Positions 36,387 through 46,005 of a stretch of DNA of 64,000 bases are shown piece by piece (position 1 is the stretch's first letter; each line of letters opens with the position of its first letter). Both the position numbers and the translations under genes were made by a program. This DNA comes from a bacterium (GTDB lineage: Bacteria; Orphanbacterota; Orphanbacteria; Orphanbacterales; Orphanbacteraceae), in assembly GCA_025782575.1 (NCBI GenBank), contig JALGYY010000017.1:862232-926231 (forward strand). The letters run 5' to 3'. The notes below the pieces were generated by a model that saw nothing but the letters and a program-made list of their open reading frames with translations, was not told the origin of the DNA and did no database searches.

Positions 36387-36944
36387 TCAAGTCGGTTCGG
36401 CGGATCCGGATCCCTGTTCGGAGCCGGACTCCGTACATCGCTCCCAGGACGAGAGCATGCCCTGGACCGGGGCTAGACCCTCGCCGGCTTGCATCCCGCG
36501 AACCAGTGAGGGTTTCAGGTCGGTCCCCTTGACACGGCACTCGAAGCAGTCCTCTTTGTTAATGCACTCGCAGAGAGGGCAGACATCGAGGTATTCGAGT
36601 GAGCGGACGAGTTTCCCTTCAAGCCGGATGAGATTGGAGAGTTCTCGCCTCACTTCATCCAGCTTCGTTCGATAGAGATCCCGAGCCGCGCACATAGCAC
36701 CTGTACCGGAATCATGCTCACGAAGACGATTCACGATCTGTCGGATCTCGGAAAGGGACATTCCCATATCCTGCAGGTCTGTAATCCAATCGAGTCTGTC
36801 AATCGCCTCTCTTCCGAAGAGCCGGAACCGCCCTCTGGTACGAGCCACGCTCGCAAGGAGTCCCATCTCTTCGTATAACCGTATGGCTCGTATGGATTTA
36901 CCTGTCGCGCTCGCCAATTGACCTACTTTTAAGAGTCCCTGCAT
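36387..36944 (-). CDS. MerR-family transcriptional regulator with a Cys-rich C-terminal region
   Basis: The N-terminal HTH is KVGQLASATGKSIRAIRLYEEMGLL. The C-terminal cluster is CPLCECINKEDCFECRV plus a distal Cys. Confidence 0.8.
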   Translation of the reverse strand: MQGLLKVGQLASATGKSIRAIRLYEEMGLLASVARTRGRFRLFGREAIDRLDWITDLQDMGMSLSEIRQIVNRLREHDSGTGAMCAARDLYRTKLDEVRRELSNLIRLEGKLVRSLEYLDVCPLCECINKEDCFECRVKGTDLKPSLVRGMQAGEGLAPVQGMLSSWERCTESGSEQGSGSAEPT

Positions 36945-37106
36945 ATCTCCTCCAACTCTAACCCGTGCGTAAGGGTTATACAGAGACTATCGGCAAAAGT
37001 TCCCTGGAAGTCAAGAAAATGAAAAAATCGCCCTCGGCTGGATAACTCACTCTTGCAGGTCCGATCTCGCCGCTCCTCCCCCCGGCGGCCCGGTATGGCA
37101 GGTCTA

Positions 37107-38564
37107 TCAGTCGAGATATCCCAGTGCGCGGAGCTGCTCCCGGCGGTCTGCTCCCTCATCCAGGCTCCAGAAATGAACCGGATCGGCGTCATCGACCAGG
37201 CCGAGATCGATCAACGACTCCAGGACTGAGCTCATCTCCTTATAGGCTGCAGGCTGGCTGGCATAGAGATTCTCCAGTTCGGCCGGATCGTCGGCTATCG
37301 AGTGAAGCGAGGTACCATCGACTCTATCGGGCTTTGCCACGTGCTCGATCAGGGTCCACTCGCTGGTCCTCGCCCCCTTGTAGCAGAATGGTGTCGGGAC
37401 GGCTGTGATCGAGACCAGAGTCTCGGTGTAGATCGCCTCGTGACCGGGTCGGACCCCCTCGCCCACAAGTGAACGCCCGGGAAGACCGGTAACGGGCGGT
37501 GCTCCGATCGCCTGGAGAATAGTCGGGAATATATCGATCGTAGAGACCAGTTCCGAGCGGCGCTCTCCCGCTGTGATCCCGGGGCCACCCACAATGAGCG
37601 CCACCTGCACCGTCTCTCTGTTGATCGTGCGCTGATGTTCGAAGAACTGGCCATGCTCGCTGAACGCCTCTCCATGGTCTGACGCGAAAACAATAATCGT
37701 GCTGTCCGGTATCGCTTCGAGGAGCCGGCCTACCCAATGGTCGGCATAGGCGATCTCCCCATCGTAGAGCCCGAGCATGCGATCGAAGTGCTTTCTGGGA
37801 ACGCGACCATCGGTCTGCCATGCGATCTCGGCGAATGCAGCGCCCGTTCCGTCGACCGATCCTTCGTAGTCGCCTTCATAGAGAACATCCCAGGGGGCGG
37901 GGGGATCATAGGAGAGATGAGGATCGAACAGATGAACCCAGCAGAAGAAAGGTGATTCGCTTTGCCTGCCCTCGAGCCATTCCACGGCCCGGCCGACAGT
38001 CACCTCCGCCCGCCTTTGATACGGTTCACTCCAGGATTGAATCCATCGCTTCGTATGGTCAGGCACTCGCACACCCGGTCGTATCGGGCTTTCGACTCTC
38101 AAAGGCTCTTCCATTTCATCGTCGTAAACGCCGAACCCCTGATTGATGCGATAGCGGTGATCGAGAACATGGGCGCTCACGAACCCGGCTGTCTCATACC
38201 CGAAACCGCCCAGAATTTCTGCGATGGTCTCGGTCTCTTCATCCAGCCGATAGACACCATTGTCACGCACACCGTGCTGGTGTGGATAGAGACCGGTAAG
38301 AATCGATGTGTGTGAAGGAAGTGTGATCGGAATAGGTGTAAACGCGTTTTCGAAAAGAACGCCCTCTTCTGCCAGGCGGTCGATCGCCGGCGTCGCGATC
38401 CGTTCATTCCCGTAACAATGAAGTCGATCCGGCCGAAGCGTGTCGATCGTAATGAGCAGTACATTCTGCGGATTGGTCGGCGCACCACCCCCGCAACCGG
38501 CATGGATGAGCAGGGTAGCCACCCCCGCGATTCTGAAGATAGAAGATGCCCACTTACGGATCAT
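37107..38564 (-). CDS. Sulfatase-fold (alkaline-phosphatase superfamily) protein, with Thr at the nucleophile position
   Basis: NVLLITIDTLRPDRLHCYG...TPAIDRLAEEG, ITLPSHTSILTGLYP and VFASDHGEAF. It is a paralogue of 33109-34515. Confidence 0.8.
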   Translation of the reverse strand: MIRKWASSIFRIAGVATLLIHAGCGGGAPTNPQNVLLITIDTLRPDRLHCYGNERIATPAIDRLAEEGVLFENAFTPIPITLPSHTSILTGLYPHQHGVRDNGVYRLDEETETIAEILGGFGYETAGFVSAHVLDHRYRINQGFGVYDDEMEEPLRVESPIRPGVRVPDHTKRWIQSWSEPYQRRAEVTVGRAVEWLEGRQSESPFFCWVHLFDPHLSYDPPAPWDVLYEGDYEGSVDGTGAAFAEIAWQTDGRVPRKHFDRMLGLYDGEIAYADHWVGRLLEAIPDSTIIVFASDHGEAFSEHGQFFEHQRTINRETVQVALIVGGPGITAGERRSELVSTIDIFPTILQAIGAPPVTGLPGRSLVGEGVRPGHEAIYTETLVSITAVPTPFCYKGARTSEWTLIEHVAKPDRVDGTSLHSIADDPAELENLYASQPAAYKEMSSVLESLIDLGLVDDADPVHFWSLDEGADRREQLRALGYLD

Positions 38565-38567
38565 GAA

Positions 38568-40439
38568 TCAGCCTCGAATATGACGTTCAAAAGAGGGCCC
38601 GGCCAGCTCCCTGATGGGCCCGTAGTTTCCGATCCAGAAGACGTTCTTTCTGTTCAGGCCGGGACGGTACCCCTCGGGAAAACCGTTCAGGAGCTCCGCC
38701 TGCTCCGGCATCCGTCCCAACAATCGTTCTTCCAGAAATAGAGAGTAGTAAACCGCATTCAAAACTTCATCGTTCTTTTCCTCGCCTCGCTCGAGATACC
38801 GCTCCGCATAGAGAGAGCGAAACGATCGCCTCTCTTCACTATTCGAACCGAGAACGCTTACCCGGCTCCCATCCGGTCGGGAGATTTGACTCACTTCTTT
38901 GAATCCAGAGAAAACGCTCCCATCGGGCAGCTCTTGCCCCCCAACCCTGCGCACGAGAACGTAGTCGGCGTTCCTGATAACCTCCTCTTTGGTGAGGGTA
39001 AAGTACGCCGAGTTCCACTTGCTACGCTGATTGTAGATGTTGAAGCTCGTAAACGTGAACAGATCCTCGAAACTCCGGTACGGACGACCGGATTGATCGG
39101 GGTCCTCCCATTGGGGTGTGTCGAGGTCGTAGACCACCGCCGGACTGAAGAACCACGCCAGAGTGAGCGCTTCGTTCGGCGAGAACCCTTCGAGCGCAAT
39201 GCTCTGGGTGTACCGCCAGGGATAGAGCGCCAGGGCGCCGGAAGGACTGACGAAGGGCTTTTTGTCGGGCGAAGCGGTCACCATCGCCCTTTCGATCTCC
39301 TCCACCTGCTGCGCCCCCTTCATATAGTAAGGAATCGGGCGCCCGGCCGAACGGATGGCAGCATATTGAACTGAAGCGAAAAGCACGATCAGGGCGGCCA
39401 GTACAATTCCCGTTCGCCGACTGCGGAGGGCAGCGACAGACGAGGCAATCAGAAGTGCAGCGGGTACAATGCACGGTGCGAAGTGGCGAGGTTCTTTCAC
39501 CGGCTGAAATGTCAACAGAACGAGAGGAGTGAGTATCCAGAGGAGGAGCGTGAACCTCTCCCTGCTCCAGAAACCGCTCCTATCTTTCGAACCGGCGAGA
39601 ATCATCCCGACAGGAAGTACGAGAAAGAGCGAAAGCCAGCCGAGACCGGATCGAACGAACTGAATCGGATAGTAGAGAGTCCCCTCCCAGCCGAACCCGC
39701 CGGCAGGACCGATGAGATTCATGATGGGAATGCGTGTATTCCCGAGAGAGAGATAGTAGAAGAACGACTGTTCCTGCACGAGCCATACCAAGCCGGCCGC
39801 GAGAAGAAGGGGAACGAAATGCGCGGCAACAATACCGGTGGCCGGCCGCCACTCCCGTCTCCAGACGAAGCCGACACCGGTAGCCAGCGCGGGGCCGAGA
39901 AAAAAGACCGGATAGGTCATCTTCGTCAACAGACCGAGCGTAAAGAGGATCCCGTAAAGAATGATCCAGAGGGGACGACGAAAGTAACCGGTCTGAAACC
40001 AGAGTACATATTGAATTGCCACGAGAGCGGTGAGTGAATACTCGATATAGAGTTCGCGGGAGAGCCCGGCCAGAAGGGGTGCGAAGAGAACGATTGCAAG
40101 GGCTGCGATCGGGTGGTGCCGGGTGCCGATCGAACGGGAGAGCAGGATCACACTGATCGAGAGAAGGAGCAAAACACCGATATTTGTTCTCAGCGCGGAG
40201 GGAATGGAAGGACTTCTCCCCATGGCGGCGGCGACGACATAGGGAAAGAGCGTCGGCACATCGAAACCACCCTCCGGAACGTCCCCCCCACGAATGGCCA
40301 GCGCGTAGGAATAATACTGGAAGGGATCCATCCACGAGAACACATCACGATCGCGAACGTCTCGTTCCAGATCAATCGCTGCGCCGGCGATCAGGAGTAA
40401 AGTCAAAGACCAGAGAATGATTCCTGTGAGCTTCTTCAT
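38568..40439 (-). CDS. Polytopic membrane glycosyltransferase, GT39/ArnT-like (putative)
   Basis: 623 aa, of which about 400 aa hold at least 10 hydrophobic segments. A soluble C-terminal domain follows. The gene ends 3 nt before the sulfatase-fold gene start. The family assignment rests on overall architecture only. Confidence 0.55.
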   Translation of the reverse strand: MKKLTGIILWSLTLLLIAGAAIDLERDVRDRDVFSWMDPFQYYSYALAIRGGDVPEGGFDVPTLFPYVVAAAMGRSPSIPSALRTNIGVLLLLSISVILLSRSIGTRHHPIAALAIVLFAPLLAGLSRELYIEYSLTALVAIQYVLWFQTGYFRRPLWIILYGILFTLGLLTKMTYPVFFLGPALATGVGFVWRREWRPATGIVAAHFVPLLLAAGLVWLVQEQSFFYYLSLGNTRIPIMNLIGPAGGFGWEGTLYYPIQFVRSGLGWLSLFLVLPVGMILAGSKDRSGFWSRERFTLLLWILTPLVLLTFQPVKEPRHFAPCIVPAALLIASSVAALRSRRTGIVLAALIVLFASVQYAAIRSAGRPIPYYMKGAQQVEEIERAMVTASPDKKPFVSPSGALALYPWRYTQSIALEGFSPNEALTLAWFFSPAVVYDLDTPQWEDPDQSGRPYRSFEDLFTFTSFNIYNQRSKWNSAYFTLTKEEVIRNADYVLVRRVGGQELPDGSVFSGFKEVSQISRPDGSRVSVLGSNSEERRSFRSLYAERYLERGEEKNDEVLNAVYYSLFLEERLLGRMPEQAELLNGFPEGYRPGLNRKNVFWIGNYGPIRELAGPSFERHIRG

Positions 40440-40445
40440 TTCTGA

Positions 40446-40487
40446 TAGGGAAAGGCCCGGCTATCCTGAATATCAGAATGCCGGGCC
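40446..40487 (-). terminator. Hairpin terminator candidate after the lipoprotein gene
   Basis: GGCCCGGC...GCCGGGCC is an 8-bp stem with an internal CTGA/TCAG extension. On the minus strand it is followed by TTTCCCT. Confidence 0.5.
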
Positions 40488-40529
40488 AGTGAGATACGAC
40501 AATTGCCGGCTCCCGATCCCATCCCCATG

Positions 40530-41246
40530 TTATTGGAGTGCAGTCTGGCGTTCCTTCTCAGCCAACCGGTCGTACTGGTAGGGTGAGAGCCTGACCCAGC
40601 TCCCCTCCTTCGGTTCCTGCGGGAACACCACGCGGACCAGCTGTTTGGGATTATTCAGCAATTCCAGCAGATCGCCAGGATGGCCCCTCACTTCCGCGCC
40701 ATAAAAAAGGATACCCTCATCACGGATCGCCTCTAGAGACTTGCTCATCCGTCCCAGCTCCTCTTCCACAGCCTTTCGCTGAATCTCATCCGCGATCTTC
40801 GCCGTTTCCTCAGTACCCAGGCGAATATTGTCTTCCAGCTGAGTGGTCGCCTCGAGCGTCAGCAGCGCGATCGTCGAGTCCATCTCCAGTGCCGGGTCAA
40901 CCGGATAGATCCCGGAGAAGACACCCGAGCCATAATAAAGATTGATGATCTCCAGTTCTTTGTCTCCGAACAGATCGAACAGGTCACTCCTGCTTACAAA
41001 CTGATTCAGATTTACCGCAGCGAAGAACTCCTTGTCAGGATGATTCTGCGCAAAAGTCTGAAGCTTCTGGTGGGTATGGGGAATCGAACGCTGAATCTTG
41101 GCGGTAAACGAAAGAGTATCAGGCAAGTACTCCTTCACGAACGCCTCGAAAGTCTGCTCTTCCTCTTTTTTCGCGCACCCCGGGATCAAAACGATCACTA
41201 TGAAGACCACGCAGCAAAACTGCAGCGCTCGCCTGAACTGGATCAT
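40530..41246 (-). CDS. Hypothetical lipoprotein
   Basis: The N-terminus is MIQFRRALQFCCVVFIVIVLIPGCAKK (lipobox IPGC). No domain recognised. Confidence 0.5.
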   Translation of the reverse strand: MIQFRRALQFCCVVFIVIVLIPGCAKKEEEQTFEAFVKEYLPDTLSFTAKIQRSIPHTHQKLQTFAQNHPDKEFFAAVNLNQFVSRSDLFDLFGDKELEIINLYYGSGVFSGIYPVDPALEMDSTIALLTLEATTQLEDNIRLGTEETAKIADEIQRKAVEEELGRMSKSLEAIRDEGILFYGAEVRGHPGDLLELLNNPKQLVRVVFPQEPKEGSWVRLSPYQYDRLAEKERQTALQ

Positions 41247-41264
41247 GAGTATTCGCCTTTCATT

Positions 41265-42815
41265 CTAAGAAGCATTCTCCGAGACGGATTTAGCCTGCTG
41301 AAACAGTCCCAGGTAATCTCGGCCACCCGCTTTGGAATCGGTCCCGGACATGTTGAATCCACCGAAGGGGTGGACGCCGACGAGCGCGCCCGTGCACTTC
41401 CGATTGATATAGAGGTTGCCGACGTGAAACTCCCGTTTCGCCTTGTTGATCTTGTCACGGTTCGACGTGAACACAGCCCCGGTCAACCCGTATTCCGTAT
41501 TGTTTGCAATCCGTATAGCGTCATCATAGTCACTCGCTTTGATCAGGACGAGAACGGGGCCGAAGATTTCCTCTTTGGCGATCCGGGCCTCCGGATCAAC
41601 CTCACCGATCACGGTCGGCTCCAGGAAATAGCCGTCATCGAGAGCCCGTCCACCGCCAACCAGAAGCTTCCCTTCGCCCTTACCGATCTCCACATACTCG
41701 CTGATCGAACGGAACGCCTTCTCATTGACAACAGGCCCGATGAAGTTCGCCTGATCCGCCGGATCGCCGACTTTCATCTTTTCGACATACGGCAACAGTT
41801 TCTCCACAAACGTGTCATACGCTTCGTCGACTATGATCGCGCGGGAACAGGCGGAGCATTTCTGCCCCTGAAAGCCGAATGCCGCACTGGCGACGGCCGC
41901 GGCAGCCACGTCGAGATCGGTATCGGAATCCACGATGATTCCGTCCTTCCCCCCCATTTCCGCGACCACCCGTTTGATCCAGATCTGTCCGTCCGCCGTC
42001 CGTCCCGCCTTCTCGACAATGCCGAGCCCGACTTCTTTCGAGCCGGTAAAAGAGATGAATCGGGTTTTGGGATGGCGGACAAGATAATCGCCTCCAACCC
42101 GGCCCGGCCCGGTGATGAAGTTAATCACCCCACCCGGCAGCCCTACGGACTTCATGATATCGATAAAGAGAGCGCCGGTGGCAGGTGCGTCGCTGGACGG
42201 CTTCAGGACGACCGTATTCCCCGAGACGATTGCCGCGGTGGTCATACCGAGAAGGATCGCCATCGGGAAGTTCCATGGCGGAATCACCACGCCGACGCCG
42301 AGAGGAATATAGAACGCTTCGGGCTTCTCTCCCGGGTAGGGCGTAACAGGCTGCTCTTCTCCATAGCGGAGAGCCTCCCGTGCATAGAACTCCAGAAAAT
42401 CGATCGCTTCAGCCGTATCGCCATCCGCTTCCGGCCAGCTCTTGCCCACCTCGATCACCATGATCGCGTTCGACTCGAAGCGCCTCTTCCGAAGCTCATC
42501 AGCGGCCTTGAAAAGATACTCGGCCCGTTCGGCGACCGGCACCAGTTTCCACGTTTCAAAAGTCAGTAGAGCCGACTGCATCGCCTTTTCCGCGAGCTTT
42601 TCATCAGCCTCAGGAAAGACGCCGATCACTTCCGACGGGCGAGAAGGGTTGGTGGAGGTGAACGTCTTCGATCCCGTCACTTCTTCTCCGCCGATCCAGT
42701 TCGTGTAGGTCTTCCCGAGTGACGCCCTTACTCTTTCCAGAGCCTCGACCATGGCCTGGCGGTTCTTCTCATTCGTGAAGTCGAGCATCGGTTCATTGAC
42801 GAATTCGCCGCGCAT
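41265..42815 (-). CDS. pruA: L-glutamate gamma-semialdehyde (1-pyrroline-5-carboxylate) dehydrogenase
   Basis: ALDH fold with FTGSKEVG, VAEMGGKDGIIVD and FGFQGQKCSACSR. The N-terminus MRGEFVNEPMLDFTNEKNRQAM is typical of RocA/PruA-type P5CDH. Start at ATG 42815 (GGAGAGGG RBS). Confidence 0.85.
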   Translation of the reverse strand: MRGEFVNEPMLDFTNEKNRQAMVEALERVRASLGKTYTNWIGGEEVTGSKTFTSTNPSRPSEVIGVFPEADEKLAEKAMQSALLTFETWKLVPVAERAEYLFKAADELRKRRFESNAIMVIEVGKSWPEADGDTAEAIDFLEFYAREALRYGEEQPVTPYPGEKPEAFYIPLGVGVVIPPWNFPMAILLGMTTAAIVSGNTVVLKPSSDAPATGALFIDIMKSVGLPGGVINFITGPGRVGGDYLVRHPKTRFISFTGSKEVGLGIVEKAGRTADGQIWIKRVVAEMGGKDGIIVDSDTDLDVAAAAVASAAFGFQGQKCSACSRAIIVDEAYDTFVEKLLPYVEKMKVGDPADQANFIGPVVNEKAFRSISEYVEIGKGEGKLLVGGGRALDDGYFLEPTVIGEVDPEARIAKEEIFGPVLVLIKASDYDDAIRIANNTEYGLTGAVFTSNRDKINKAKREFHVGNLYINRKCTGALVGVHPFGGFNMSGTDSKAGGRDYLGLFQQAKSVSENAS

Positions 42816-43012
42816 CTTTCTACCCTCTCCATGCCCTTGCGGGCCCTGTTTATTGACTGACTCTAACTTCAATACGGGAGCGTATCACGCCCGCGATTGG
42901 CGCTCAACAGGCAGACTCACGAGCTGCCCATCGAGCCCGTTCCTGCCCAGGAGCCGGCCCTGTGGGAGTGTGCCACTTGACCGTCCGGCAGGCAGGTCCT
43001 TATAGTCTCGCC

Positions 43013-44092
43013 ATGAGCAGTTCCTTCGGCCAGCAGTTTCGGATCACCACGTGGGGGGAGTCCCATGGCGGTGGCGTGGGGGTCGTAATCGACGGCTGCC
43101 CCCCCGGGCTCGTGATCGACGAGGATGAGATCCAGGCTGACCTCGACCGGCGGCGCCCGGGAGCATCCCCGCTTACATCCCAGCGAAACGAGCCTGACAG
43201 GATCCGCATTCTGTCAGGCGTTTTTGAGGGGAAGAGCCTTGGTACCCCCATCTGCATGATGGTAGAGAACAAAGACGCCCGCGCGAAGGACTACGAGCCG
43301 TTCAAGCACCTCTACCGGCCTTCCCACGCTGATTATACGTATGACGCGAAGTTCGGGATCCGCAATTGGATGGGGGGTGGCCGGGCGAGCGCCAGAGAGA
43401 CCATCGGCCGGGTCGCTGCGGGCGCCGTAGCCCGCAAACTCCTTCGCGATGCCTGGGGAATCGAAATCGTCGCCTATGTCACCAAGGTGCATGAGATCGA
43501 AGTCGAAATCGATCCCGATACCGTCACAGCAGAGGGGGTAAGGGGGAGCGAGGTCTGCTGCCCCGACCACGAAGCGGGTCGCCGGATGGTCGACCTGATC
43601 AAAAAGGTGAGAAAAGAAGGCGATTCTGTGGGAGGCGTGCTCTGCTGCGTCGCACGGGGGGTCCCGCCCGGATTCGGCGCGCCTGTGTTCGACAAGCTGG
43701 AAGCTGACCTCGCCAGGGCGATGCTCTCGATACCTGCCACCAAAGGCTTCGAGATCGGCTCAGGATTTGCAGGAACGGACCTCAAAGGGTCGGAGCACAA
43801 TGATCTCTTCGAGTCGCGGGACGGAAAAATACGGACAAAGACCAATCGTTCCGGCGGGATTCAGGGGGGCATATCGAACGGTGAGAACATCACCATGCGG
43901 ATCGCGTTCAAACCGACCGCGACCATTGCCAAAAAGCAAGCCACGGTTACCGATAAAGGGGAGCCGGCCGAAATCGCACCGAAGGGCCGCCACGATCCCT
44001 GTGTGCTCCCCCGAGCCGTGCCGATCGTGGAAGCGATGACCGCCCTCGTCCTCGCCGACCACCATCTCCGCCAGCGGGCGATTCGCGACTGA
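43013..44092 (+). CDS. aroC: Chorismate synthase
   Basis: [32 protein letters not shown], ...[13 protein letters not shown]..., [10 protein letters not shown] and [13 protein letters not shown] are all classic AroC motifs. Confidence 0.95.
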   Translation: MSSSFGQQFRITTWGESHGGGVGVVIDGCPPGLVIDEDEIQADLDRRRPGASPLTSQRNEPDRIRILSGVFEGKSLGTPICMMVENKDARAKDYEPFKHLYRPSHADYTYDAKFGIRNWMGGGRASARETIGRVAAGAVARKLLRDAWGIEIVAYVTKVHEIEVEIDPDTVTAEGVRGSEVCCPDHEAGRRMVDLIKKVRKEGDSVGGVLCCVARGVPPGFGAPVFDKLEADLARAMLSIPATKGFEIGSGFAGTDLKGSEHNDLFESRDGKIRTKTNRSGGIQGGISNGENITMRIAFKPTATIAKKQATVTDKGEPAEIAPKGRHDPCVLPRAVPIVEAMTALVLADHHLRQRAIRD

Positions 44093-44569
44093 CTCCCACA
44101 TGGGAGTGATTTCCGGGCTGATCGGATTCCGCTCAGACTCGGCAGTCCCAATCTCAGTGCTGTATGAGTCGCCTCCAACGATTGATTAACTTCCTATCCT
44201 GCCGGAGAGTCGTACCAGTTCGATCGAGTGTACTGAAATGGGGCTTGTCCGGTGACGGATGCGGTTCTCTCCTGGTCCGCGCGAGTCATCGTTCCGCCTT
44301 GGGCCATTCGATCTCTTTGGATTTTCTATCGGTTTCAACAAATATTGCTTGACAGGTTCTGAAGCTTGTCGATTTCGACTGTCTCCGATCCCTTGCCAGG
44401 TTCGCTCACAAACGCCTCTCCTCTTTAAGAGTCAGCTGGATGCGATCTCCTCATCGCAGTTTTCAATTTCATTGCTGGTCACTCTTACGTGCCCTCTCTC
44501 GAAGCCGAAAAAGGGCATGCTAAAATATCTGCGGGGCTTGTAACCACAAGGGTGGATCGGGAGGAGAAG

Positions 44570-45730
44570 ATGATGACGAAGAAGATGGACTCGGTTCTGG
44601 CGAAGCTTTCCAATCATGAGATCATTCGAAAAGGGGATCGGGCAGTTCACAGCCGACATGAGCTCTCCATCGAGATTCTCGACTGTCTGGTCGAGATCGA
44701 GGGACGATCGATATTTCTAAAAGAAGGGTACTCCCCTCTGTTCGACTACTGTACGCGGAGATGGCACTACTCGCCCCCCAAAGCGGGACGGTTCATCGCG
44801 GCTGCCCGATGTATGAAGAACTTTCCTGCCGTACGGAATCTGCTGTCACGGCGGAGGATCACACTTTGCGGCGTTTCCGGAATCGCCGGTATCCTGACAC
44901 ATGAGAATTCCAATAGGATCCTTCAGGTAGTCTCGGGAAAAAAATTCGTAGAGATCGAAAAAATCGTCGCCTCGCTGAAGATCGCTCCGAAAACCCGGGA
45001 GTCGATCCGGCCGATCGGTCTGCAGTCACCGGCGGGCGATCGTGATCGAAGTGCCGATCGTGAGGTTCTCTTTCAGCCGGATCGAACGCCTGGGAACGAT
45101 CAAATCGATAGCGAATCGTCGGATGACCGTGCGGATCAATCCGGGGGCCACTCTCAATTCGATAGTTCGCAAGAGAAGCCGGAGCATCGCTACGAGATCC
45201 GGTTCTCGGCGAGCGAGGAGTTCTGCCGGGACCTGGAGCGGGCGAAGAGGGTCTGCTCCCGTAGCTGGAACCTGGAAGCGATCCTGGGACGAGCAATCAA
45301 AGACCTGCTGGAGAAACGGGACCCCGAGCGGAAAGAGGCGCGGCGAAAAAAGAGAGAAGCCAGGAAGCAGAGCAAGTCGGAGAGCCAGGCGCAGAGACTG
45401 GGGAAGGGGAATTCCCCGGTCAAATCAGCGGCCGTGAGCGGCTCAAAATCAGCCGATGAGAAAGAGTCTCCAGGCAAGGTAGCAGAGGCGCTGCCCGTTC
45501 GTTCCCGACACATTCCGGCCCCCTTGCGGGACGCGGTGTTCAACCGCGACAAAGGGCGCTGCACCTACACCAGTTCTCTCGGCGTGCAATGCGATTCGAC
45601 CGCTCACCTGCAGATCGATCACGTCACGCCATTCTGCCGGGGCGGGGGTCACTCCCTCGACGACCTGCGTCTCCTGTGCGGCAAACACAACCGGTTGGCG
45701 GCGCGGGAGATGTCACTGACGAAGCGTTGA
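44570..45730 (+). CDS. HNH endonuclease (DUF222-like N-terminal region plus C-terminal HNH)
   Basis: Start at ATG 44570 after GGGAGGAG. The C-terminus RHIPAPLRDAVFNRDKGRCTY...LQIDHVTPFCRGGGHSLDDLRLLCGKHN is an HNH motif. The central ~150 aa is low-complexity (Ser/Asp/Arg/Lys-rich). Confidence 0.75.
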   Translation: MMTKKMDSVLAKLSNHEIIRKGDRAVHSRHELSIEILDCLVEIEGRSIFLKEGYSPLFDYCTRRWHYSPPKAGRFIAAARCMKNFPAVRNLLSRRRITLCGVSGIAGILTHENSNRILQVVSGKKFVEIEKIVASLKIAPKTRESIRPIGLQSPAGDRDRSADREVLFQPDRTPGNDQIDSESSDDRADQSGGHSQFDSSQEKPEHRYEIRFSASEEFCRDLERAKRVCSRSWNLEAILGRAIKDLLEKRDPERKEARRKKREARKQSKSESQAQRLGKGNSPVKSAAVSGSKSADEKESPGKVAEALPVRSRHIPAPLRDAVFNRDKGRCTYTSSLGVQCDSTAHLQIDHVTPFCRGGGHSLDDLRLLCGKHNRLAAREMSLTKR

Positions 45731-46005
45731 GAGAGGGGGGAGTAGGACGGAAAACGAGGAGCGGTTCAAGTGGATCGGGACTGAAACGCATACGTCTCCG
45801 GACAACCTCAAAAAACCGACCACCCCGGTCCCCCTCCCTCAGAACTTCACCTGGATCAATTCGAACCAGGTTTCTCCATAGATCAGTACTAATGATGATG
45901 CTTGAAAATGTGCGGAAGGGCGTCAGTCCTTCCTGAGCACGTCTGGCGTGATATACTAAACTGGGTTTCCCGGTATCTTTCACTCGCTGAACAGAGGAAC
46001 TACTG

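Noticed and set aside
41040-42569. 509-aa ORF on the + strand
   Set aside because: It is antisense to the complete, motif-bearing P5C dehydrogenase gene. The Arg/Pro/Gly/His-rich composition is typical of open antisense frames in GC-rich DNA, and there is no RBS or recognisable domain.
44093-45730. IscB/IsrB-like RNA-guided nuclease with an upstream omega-RNA
   Set aside because: The protein has no RuvC-like segments or PLMP-type N-terminus. Its architecture is the DUF222-like N-domain plus terminal HNH, so an RNA-guided nuclease call is unsupported.
45841-45900. GGTTCGAAT (minus strand), considered as a tRNA T-loop
   Set aside because: The flanking bases do not form a T-stem, and no acceptor or anticodon arms can be drawn. 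No tRNA, rRNA, tmRNA or CRISPR repeat array was recognised anywhere in the window.
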